Assembly: GCA_002254745.1 (NCBI GenBank)
Contig: NJED01000001.1
Span: 1 to 32,490 of the forward strand
DNA length: 32,490 nt
Source of the DNA: Desulfurococcales archaeon ex4484_217_1
GTDB lineage: Archaea; Thermoproteota; Thermoprotei_A; EX4484-217-1
Direction of reading: 5' to 3'
The position numbers were made by a program, and so were the translations under genes. Positions 25,333 to 32,490 of this stretch are shown here, in pieces; within the stretch, counting starts at the first letter, position 1; the number at the start of each line of letters is the position of its first letter. The notes under the pieces are model-generated. The model was given only the letters and a program-made list of their open reading frames with translations. It made no database searches and was not told where the DNA came from.

Positions 25333-27306
25333 GTGGTATTCAAAAAATATTGGCCCCTAACATCAAGAACATATTGGTGCCCTACGTGTAATGTCCCCCT
25401 TTTAAGTAGCCGATGTTATAAATGTGGTGGTGAGGGTTACGAGATAAAACTCAGAGAACCCGGAGATGTTAGAATAGCATTTGAACATGACATAAGTCAG
25501 ATTCTAAGCTCATTGAACATCAGAGAAAAATTAAAGACCAAGTTCTTCTATGAGAAAATAATCTTGCTTAATAAAACAACACACATAGATGACGCTAAGG
25601 AGGTAATAATTGACGGTAATATTTTCGGCATAATGTTATATAACCCATTTGAGAACAGATGGGAATTTAGGCCATCATATTATGGTGCTTTAAAACTAAT
25701 TGAGGAGAACAGCATTGAAACAGTAATTGTCCGCGGGAAAGTGAAACCAACACAAATAATAGCCTCGCCCACTCTCTCGGAAAAACGATATGTAGTACTA
25801 CTAAATGCCAGAGAAGAACCTATAGGGCTAGCTAAGGTAGTGTCTTATGGTAAAATGAAGGTAGTTAAAGTATATAGGCGGAAGTTCTACTTTGAAACAA
25901 GCGCAAGAAAAGCAACCATAGAGGATGTAATTAAGGCAAACGAGGAACGTCTAAATAGTATGGTGCAGGAGGCTACAAAGTTTCTTGAAAAAATACGCGC
26001 TAAGATTTCTAAAAGAATCTTGGTATCGTTTTCTGGGGGTAAGGACAGTTTAGTCTCACTACATTTAACTTTACAAAGTTTGGGGGATTGTCCACTTCTA
26101 TTTAACAACACGGGTATTGAACTCCCCGAAACCATAAGAACAGTGCATGAAGTAGCAGACCGTTATGGCTTAGACTTAGAAGTAGCTGATGCAGGAAACG
26201 CTTTTTGGGAGTCCGTAGGTTTCTATGGGCCGCCAGCAAGAGACTACAGATGGTGCTGTAAGGTAGCGAAATTAGTACCACTAGCCAGGAAAATGCTTAA
26301 AGACTATCCTAACGGAATACTCAACATAGTGGGTCAAAGAGCATACGAGTCTCTCGATAGGGCAAGAAGCCCAAGGATATGGAGGAATAAATGGATACCG
26401 ACAATAGTAAGTATATCTCCAATTCAGTATTGGAACCAATTAGCTATTTGGCTATATATCTTTAAGAATAAGCTCCAAGTAAATCCGCTATACTCCATGG
26501 GATTTGACAGAATAGGTTGCTACATGTGCCCAGCAAGTAGACTAGCAGAGTTTGAAGTAGTAAAGAAAACCCATCCCGCATTATGGGATAAATGGGAGTC
26601 TTTCCTATACAAGTGGGCAAAAAGAATTAATGCTCCAAAGGAGTGGGTAACTCTAGGTTTGTGGAGATGGCTTGGGCCAGCAACTCCTAAAAAACTCTTG
26701 GCCAGAAAACATAGGGAATTTATTGAGAAATGGCGTGAGCAATATAGAGCATGGCTTGACATGTACGTAGTTAAAACCAATATTGATAATGAAGAAGCCA
26801 GCATACTGTTTTCTAAGAGCATTGATTTGACCAAAGTGGAAAAGGCCTGTAGCATACTAGGAAATAATGTGGTAAGGAAAGAAGAAGTGTTAGTAGTAAA
26901 AAATGATAGTAGAGATGCGAAATTTACCTTCAACAAGAGAGGACTGTTGATAGTTAAAGCAAAGAATAATATAGTTGAGGAAACATTGGACGCCGTTAAG
27001 CTCACTTATAGAAGCATGTTCTGTACGAAATGTCTATCCTGTGTTACACTATGCCCCACTGGATCAATAAGTATATCTAAAGACTATGAAGTTATAGTTA
27101 ACTCCACAACATGTATTATGTGTAGGATATGTTTAGATATATGTCCAATAGCTGATGTCATGGTTGAGAAAATAGTAAATGCGTTAATCCTAAATAGGTA
27201 TGATGCGTGGAGAAGAGAAACTAGGAGGAAAAGAGAAGAAGTAGCTAAGTTTTTAGAAAAGCTATTAAGGGTAAGGTTAGCAGCTAAATGTCCCAATATT
27301 TCCTAG
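25333..27306 (+). CDS. PAPS-reductase-like PP-loop ATP pyrophosphatase with N-terminal Zn-ribbon/PUA-like region and C-terminal 2x[4Fe-4S] ferredoxin domain
   Basis: 657-aa ORF. Zn ribbon CPTCN...CYKCG; PUA-like stretch ending VVLLNAREEPIGLAKV; PP-loop SFSGGKDS; C-terminal CTKCLSCVTLCP and CIMCRICLDICP. GTG start immediately follows the acyltransferase stop. Confidence 0.8.
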   Translation: MVFKKYWPLTSRTYWCPTCNVPLLSSRCYKCGGEGYEIKLREPGDVRIAFEHDISQILSSLNIREKLKTKFFYEKIILLNKTTHIDDAKEVIIDGNIFGIMLYNPFENRWEFRPSYYGALKLIEENSIETVIVRGKVKPTQIIASPTLSEKRYVVLLNAREEPIGLAKVVSYGKMKVVKVYRRKFYFETSARKATIEDVIKANEERLNSMVQEATKFLEKIRAKISKRILVSFSGGKDSLVSLHLTLQSLGDCPLLFNNTGIELPETIRTVHEVADRYGLDLEVADAGNAFWESVGFYGPPARDYRWCCKVAKLVPLARKMLKDYPNGILNIVGQRAYESLDRARSPRIWRNKWIPTIVSISPIQYWNQLAIWLYIFKNKLQVNPLYSMGFDRIGCYMCPASRLAEFEVVKKTHPALWDKWESFLYKWAKRINAPKEWVTLGLWRWLGPATPKKLLARKHREFIEKWREQYRAWLDMYVVKTNIDNEEASILFSKSIDLTKVEKACSILGNNVVRKEEVLVVKNDSRDAKFTFNKRGLLIVKAKNNIVEETLDAVKLTYRSMFCTKCLSCVTLCPTGSISISKDYEVIVNSTTCIMCRICLDICPIADVMVEKIVNALILNRYDAWRRETRRKREEVAKFLEKLLRVRLAAKCPNIS

Positions 27307-30142
27307 TCCTTATAAAATCCATTTCAGCCTTAAGTAATGCTTTGTAAAAGTTTTCTTCACCATAAACTATCTCACCTAAAACCCTAGCAGCAGTTTTTGG
27401 ACCTACACCATACGTTGAAAGAGCTATTACTGCGTATTTTCCAAATCTTAGAACAAGGTCAGCTTTAAGTATCTCATCTTTCAAAACATTTTTCTCAAAA
27501 GAACTCAGTTTCAAGCCTCTCGCTCTTTTCCTAATAATATTCTCTGCTTCAACATCATTGGGTGAAAGCACGGTCAAGAACCCGGCTCCGCATTTTCTAC
27601 ATTGCAATCTTTCAGGAAGATCCCTTACTCTAACATTGTTAAACACGTAGCCGCACTTAACACATACTAGTTTAACTTTCTTGTTAAGTAATCTTTCTTT
27701 AAATGCCTTAACGATGGAGGGTATTTCGTGGGAGGCTTCAATAAACGTTATTTGAGCACTTAAAATTTTAGCTGTTAATGGCATTGGATCTTTTTCCTTA
27801 TAAACTAAGAGCTTTATTTTGCCATCTCTTAAATCTCTTAGCACCTTTAGTACGGAATCTAAATCAGTTCTAAACGTGATTATTTCATTAAGAGCTTCTA
27901 ACCCTATTAACGTATTCTCGTATGTTGGTAGAATTCTCAATACGGCACTATAAGAGACGCCAGGTTTTAAAGCGCCAAACCGCTTAGCCACATTGAATAA
28001 ATGCCATTTAAAAAGTTTAGTTCTTTTAAGTTCATCTGCTAGCATCGTTCTAAGCACGTGTTTAGTGGTGGAGCAAAGACTCTCCAGTATTTTAACTATG
28101 AAGTCAGCTTTTATGAATTTACTTGAAATGATAAATACTCTATAGGGATCGTTTTTGAGAATAAAGTTTAAACCTGTACTCCTCAGCATGTGGGAAATGA
28201 GAGTAGATAATGTGAACGTCCCTCTACTACCTAGATGTATGTGAATTATAGCTATTTTTCCCAGAGACTCTACAACTACGTGTCTATCTGAGGGAATAAA
28301 GCCTACTTTACTCTTTTGGTAACGTATTTTCTCTAATATAATGTTCTTTGCTTCTTCACTTAGGGGGTACATGTCTAAAGCGGAGAAATCGTTGTTAAAC
28401 ACTCTTCTCTTGAAGGCACCAACTTCTCTGGCAACTTTGAAATCAACCGGTATTAGTTCTCCTTCCCACCACGGTAAAATACCTAAGTCTTTAATAGTAG
28501 GTTTTACATAAACACATTCTTCGCCAATACCAATAACCTCCCATACCATACCCGATAAAACGAACTTAGAACCTACATCGCAGTTAGCAATTACAAATTT
28601 TTCATCAAGCATTCCAATAACTTTGCCTGTTACAATATCTTTAACTGCATATTGCCTCACATCAGGTATCATAGTGACTTCATAGTAGTATTTCCAGGAT
28701 TTAGCGGTTCTCCCTAGGAGCTCTCCACGGTACCTTATAACTCCTATTTCATTAAGAAATTTAATGAGCTCTTTAAATGTTTCATAGTCAAAATCTCTAT
28801 ATGGGTAAGCCTTGCTGATTATAGAGAAGGCCTTGTTTATATCTAAAACCTTATACTCTAGAGCTAAGCCTACAATTTGATGTGCTAAAACATCTAAAGA
28901 CCCAGCTGGCATAATAGGTTTTTCTAAAATACCGTTCAATGCTCTCCTAGCAATTACAGCGGATTCTAGAATATCATCAAGGTTATCTGTAGTGATTATT
29001 ATACCCTTAGAAGTTTCAAACTCTTTATGTCTGCTCCTACCTATTCTATGAATAAGCTTAGTAGCCTGTCTAGGAGAACCATATTGTATAACGAGATCCA
29101 CGAAACCTATATCAATTCCCAGTTCAAGCGATGATGTTGCAACTATAGTTTTCACAGACTTTTTCCTCAACATCTCTTCGGCTTTTAACCTTACTTCCCG
29201 AGATAAGCTTCCATGATGAACCAGGACATTGACGCCAAATATCTTTTTAAGGTTTAAACCTACAATTTCAGCAAGATCCCTAGTATTGGTGAAAACTATG
29301 GTTAAACCCGTTTTCCCTATAAATTCCTTTATCTTCCTAAGTCTTGCAGCGAATTCAGGTCGGATCAGATAAGCGTTCATTAAATAATCATCGTCTAATA
29401 TGGGTTTAGAATAGTCTACAATTATTGACATAGGCTTCTTTACATCTTCGATAGCAACTTTAACCTTCCTAAAACCTCCAAGGAATCTTCTGGCTAAATC
29501 AACATCTCCTATAGTGGCTGAAAGTCCTATTCTCTGAATTCTCTGATTAGATAGCACAGAAAGCCTCTCTAGCGCCACAGCGAGCGAAATCCCTCTCTTA
29601 CTACATATAAGCTCATGAAGCTCATCTATTACAACCCATTTAACGTTTCTAAGAAGCTCTCTTAAACGTGGGCCAACTAAGAGGAATTGAAAAGTTTCCG
29701 GAGTGGTTATGATGATATGTGGAGGATTTCTAACTATCTTTCTTCGCTCATTTTTCGGCGTGTCTCCGTGCCTTACTGAAACTTTTATATTTAAAGCTCT
29801 ACCTACTTTCCCCATTCTCCTCATAATATCTCTGTTTAGGGCTCGTAATGGTGTAATGTATATACAATAAACATTACTCATTTTCTCAAGACCTAAGTCT
29901 AGTATTTTAGAATATATTGGAAATAGCGAGGCTTCTGTTTTTCCAGATCCAGTAGCGCTAACTACTAATGTATGGTAGCCTTTAAGAATTAAAGGAATAG
30001 CCTTTCTTTGAATCCTAGTTGGTTCTACGTATCCGAACTTCTTAATTACGTTAATGAGTTTTCTGTTTAAACCTAAGTCTTCAAACTTTATGGTGCTCAT
30101 TGTGACCAAATTATTTACAACACTTTTGCCTCTATACTTCAA
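27284..30142 (-). CDS. lhr: Lhr-type large SF2 helicase (DEAD/DEAH box)
   Basis: 952-aa ORF. Motif I VSATGSGKTEA, Ia ITPLRALN, II DELH, III SATIG, VI HRIGRSRH. The long C-terminal extension carries a Zn ribbon (CVKCG...CRKCG). The likely true start is ATG 30100 (MSTIKFEDLGL); the ORF-track start at 30142 is TTG. Confidence 0.85.
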   Translation of the reverse strand: MKYRGKSVVNNLVTMSTIKFEDLGLNRKLINVIKKFGYVEPTRIQRKAIPLILKGYHTLVVSATGSGKTEASLFPIYSKILDLGLEKMSNVYCIYITPLRALNRDIMRRMGKVGRALNIKVSVRHGDTPKNERRKIVRNPPHIIITTPETFQFLLVGPRLRELLRNVKWVVIDELHELICSKRGISLAVALERLSVLSNQRIQRIGLSATIGDVDLARRFLGGFRKVKVAIEDVKKPMSIIVDYSKPILDDDYLMNAYLIRPEFAARLRKIKEFIGKTGLTIVFTNTRDLAEIVGLNLKKIFGVNVLVHHGSLSREVRLKAEEMLRKKSVKTIVATSSLELGIDIGFVDLVIQYGSPRQATKLIHRIGRSRHKEFETSKGIIITTDNLDDILESAVIARRALNGILEKPIMPAGSLDVLAHQIVGLALEYKVLDINKAFSIISKAYPYRDFDYETFKELIKFLNEIGVIRYRGELLGRTAKSWKYYYEVTMIPDVRQYAVKDIVTGKVIGMLDEKFVIANCDVGSKFVLSGMVWEVIGIGEECVYVKPTIKDLGILPWWEGELIPVDFKVAREVGAFKRRVFNNDFSALDMYPLSEEAKNIILEKIRYQKSKVGFIPSDRHVVVESLGKIAIIHIHLGSRGTFTLSTLISHMLRSTGLNFILKNDPYRVFIISSKFIKADFIVKILESLCSTTKHVLRTMLADELKRTKLFKWHLFNVAKRFGALKPGVSYSAVLRILPTYENTLIGLEALNEIITFRTDLDSVLKVLRDLRDGKIKLLVYKEKDPMPLTAKILSAQITFIEASHEIPSIVKAFKERLLNKKVKLVCVKCGYVFNNVRVRDLPERLQCRKCGAGFLTVLSPNDVEAENIIRKRARGLKLSSFEKNVLKDEILKADLVLRFGKYAVIALSTYGVGPKTAARVLGEIVYGEENFYKALLKAEMDFIRTRKYWDI

Positions 30143-30190
30143 GATAATAGGTGGTTAGGGTTATTTAATATTTTATTTTAAACTTTTATT

Positions 30191-32026
30191 GTGGGAAAGT
30201 ACGCCATGGACTTAGGGTTGAAATGTATCTTACTTACCGTAGTTCAGCTGGCTATAATACTCTACTTACTATCCGGTGTTTATGCAGCTTTTATAGCGAA
30301 CATATACATAGTGTGGGCTTTTATCTCTTTATCCTTAATAATTGCTTCCATACTTCTCGAGTCCCCAATAGCAGCATTAGTAGAAACATTTTCAGCCGTA
30401 CTATCTTTGCTTATTATAAAGAAATTACTAAACGTATGTTTAACGTTTATTCATGAGTATAGGTTAGCTGTAATAACGATAAATATAGATAATATAATCG
30501 GCAATCCAATAACCTACGCCATAGTGTTTTCAGCTTTTATAGCATCATATTATTCATGGAGCTTAATTCTTAAAAGAGGAGACGTAGTAGTTGATAGGTT
30601 AAAAAATATAGGAATGTCTTTAAGAAGCATTCAGAAAAACCTATTAGCTAAGTCTTCAGTTGTAATGTTAATTGCCTTTCTTATAACGTTAATTAAGCCT
30701 ATGGAGATATATGAGGAAGTAATGTACATTCTCGGAGTTGTTTTTTCTCTACTATTGCTTGTATTAAAAGGGTATAGAGCAAGTAAAAATTTATGTGCTG
30801 TAGCCTCATGGATTATCCTTCCCTATGCTATGTTTAAAGGTGTTGCACTTGAAAGCACCGTGGAAGAAGAAAAGGTAATAGAAGGTGTCAAAATAGGTAA
30901 AATAGTTTCTAGACTAGTGTATGGTAAACCTGCTAACGTGTGGTTGAAAGAGAAACTTCACTTACCCAAATCTCCAAGTTGGTATTGGAAAGTTGAATCA
31001 GGGACATATACTTACAACCCCTATTCTCAAATAAACTACCATATTTTAATAGCTGGAAGCAGTGGGACTGGAAAGTCGAGCCTAGCTAAAAAACTAATAA
31101 AAGAACTTTATTACCAATGGGCAATACCTTGCTTAGTTATAGATCCACACAATGAATATGTTAGAGTTATTGAGGAACTTGACGGCATAGTCGTAGATGC
31201 TTCCAAAATATCTATAAACCCCTTAGAACTTGATGAATGTTCTCCAAGAGAAAGAATAGTTCAAGTAGCTGATACTATACAACGCGTGTTTAGACTAGGT
31301 AACCTCCAAAGAGCCGTTCTCGAAGATCTCCTAGAAGAAGCTTACGCTGAGAAGGGAATAATAAACGATGATCCTGAAACATGGAAGCTAAAGCCACCAA
31401 CATTTCTGACATTGCTTAAGGTTATAGAGAAGAGAATAGAGTACGCTAGAAGCAGTGGTGAGAGATCAAGATATGAGGGGTTAAAGCCATACATTAGACT
31501 GTTATCAACATCGATATTTAGAGAGACCACGATAAGCTTTTCAGACATTCTTAGTAAACCTAGTGTAGTAGCTATGGCTAATTTGCCTGGTGACCATGTG
31601 AAAGCTATTTTATCAGAAACCCTTCTAAGAAAAATAGCCCATTACATGTATGTTTCAGGAGAAAGCATGGGATTGTCGCATTACATAGTTATTGATGAAG
31701 CTCATAGAATATGTAGAAGAAGCACAGAACCTTCTCTGGTAGCGAGACTAATGATGGAAAGTAGGAAGTACGGTATAGGTTTCATAATAATAACACAACA
31801 ACCATTAGACATAGATGAAGGCATTATAGCAAATAGTGCTTTAAAAATATCCTTTAAACTTTCTGAACCGGAAAACTTGGACTATATGGCTAAGACCTTA
31901 GCAGGGTATATTTCGGAAAATAGGCTGGAAATTTTTAAGGAAGCACTTTATTATATGCCTAGATTCTATGCTATAGTAAGAGATAGTAGACTAGCAGAAC
32001 CCGCCATAGTGAAAATAGAAATCTAA
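30191..32026 (+). CDS. polytopic-membrane-anchored HerA/VirB4/FtsK-superfamily ATPase
   Basis: 611-aa ORF with about six to seven hydrophobic helices in the first ~220 residues. Walker A ILIAGSSGTGKSSLA, VIDPHNEY strand, Walker B YIVIDEAHRI, then IIITQQP. GTG start (alternative ATG 30206). Confidence 0.7.
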   Translation: MGKYAMDLGLKCILLTVVQLAIILYLLSGVYAAFIANIYIVWAFISLSLIIASILLESPIAALVETFSAVLSLLIIKKLLNVCLTFIHEYRLAVITINIDNIIGNPITYAIVFSAFIASYYSWSLILKRGDVVVDRLKNIGMSLRSIQKNLLAKSSVVMLIAFLITLIKPMEIYEEVMYILGVVFSLLLLVLKGYRASKNLCAVASWIILPYAMFKGVALESTVEEEKVIEGVKIGKIVSRLVYGKPANVWLKEKLHLPKSPSWYWKVESGTYTYNPYSQINYHILIAGSSGTGKSSLAKKLIKELYYQWAIPCLVIDPHNEYVRVIEELDGIVVDASKISINPLELDECSPRERIVQVADTIQRVFRLGNLQRAVLEDLLEEAYAEKGIINDDPETWKLKPPTFLTLLKVIEKRIEYARSSGERSRYEGLKPYIRLLSTSIFRETTISFSDILSKPSVVAMANLPGDHVKAILSETLLRKIAHYMYVSGESMGLSHYIVIDEAHRICRRSTEPSLVARLMMESRKYGIGFIIITQQPLDIDEGIIANSALKISFKLSEPENLDYMAKTLAGYISENRLEIFKEALYYMPRFYAIVRDSRLAEPAIVKIEI

Positions 32027-32106
32027 CTTAGCAATAATACTTTTAAACTTCCTTAAAATACTAAATGTTGCAAATAAGCTTTCAAACAATAGCGCGGGAG
32101 GTTTAA

Positions 32107-32337
32107 ATGCTATTGACTTCTGAAACAGAGGAATTGTCTGAGGAAACAGAGAGAACACGTACTGAGATAACTGAAGAAGAATATGGAGAAGAATTTTCTA
32201 TTCAAGATCTAGAGTTTTTCATTGAAATAACAGAGTTTTGGGAGAACATTCTTGGAGGGAAAATGTCAATAAAAGAACTTATAAAGGCTAAGAAAGCTAA
32301 GGTCAAACCTAAACCTAAGAGAAGAAAGAGAAAGTAA
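32107..32337 (+). CDS. small bipartite acidic/basic protein (hypothetical)
   Basis: 76-aa ORF preceded by GGGAGGT 6 nt upstream of the ATG. The N-half is rich in Glu and Thr (SETEELSEETERTRTEITEEEYGEE). The C-terminal tail is KAKKAKVKPKPKRRKRK. Confidence 0.45.
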   Translation: MLLTSETEELSEETERTRTEITEEEYGEEFSIQDLEFFIEITEFWENILGGKMSIKELIKAKKAKVKPKPKRRKRK

Positions 32338-32340
32338 TGT

Positions 32341-32490
32341 TCAAATAGAGCTTTCAATGACATTAACTTCAAAACCTAAACTCTTTAGTGCCTCAACTAT
32401 ATCTTTTAGCTTAATATTTTTATCGAAAAATAAACCTATCTTCTTAGTGTTGCTCGTTCTTATGAGCTTAACCTTATCAAATAACACTCT
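32341..32490 (-). CDS. 3' end of an ORF running off the window (hypothetical)
   Basis: The reverse strand reads stop-free from the window edge: ...RVLFDKVKLIRTSNTKKIGLFFDKNIKLKDIVEALKSLGFEVNVIESSI, ending at TGA (32341..32343). It is too short to assign. Confidence 0.3.
   Translation of the reverse strand, partial: RVLFDKVKLIRTSNTKKIGLFFDKNIKLKDIVEALKSLGFEVNVIESSI

Overview
AT-rich, densely packed archaeal chromosome segment, crenarchaeal in character (r-protein eL13, PriL, Taw3/Trm5 wyosine genes, a C/D box sRNA, Lrp regulator, leaderless-style TATA spacing, frequent 4-nt gene overlaps). Most of it is housekeeping: biotin ligase, dUTPase, SAM-decarboxylase-type pyruvoyl enzyme, geranylgeranyl reductase, tRNA modification genes, Hsp20, primase large subunit and an Lhr helicase. 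Four things stand out. (1) A tight minus-strand operon at 20049..23834 encodes an 81-aa two-helix membrane protein, a 487-aa polytopic membrane protein, a 63-aa membrane protein and a membrane-anchored VirB4/HerA-type ATPase. This architecture matches the crenarchaeal Ced conjugation-like DNA import system. (2) A second, differently anchored HerA/VirB4-type ATPase lies about 8 kb away at 30191..32026. It has a polytopic N-terminal domain, is divergent from the Lhr helicase, and is followed by a small acidic/basic protein. This is the best candidate here for an uncharacterised module. (3) A nucleoside-degradation (pentose-bisphosphate type) cluster runs udp, aIF-2B-like, R15P isomerase, PfkB kinase. 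The catalytically competent isomerase carries an internal out-of-frame deletion, and a nearby nucleoside-deaminase-type amidohydrolase is also internally deleted. (4) Non-coding features include a canonical C/D box sRNA at 17119..17188, a G-run/hairpin leader before speH, a GC-rich structured leader at 19914..20048, and several palindromes and direct repeats in divergent promoter regions. I found no CRISPR array, tRNA, rRNA, transposase or integrase. All product calls rest on motif recognition by eye; no database search was run.
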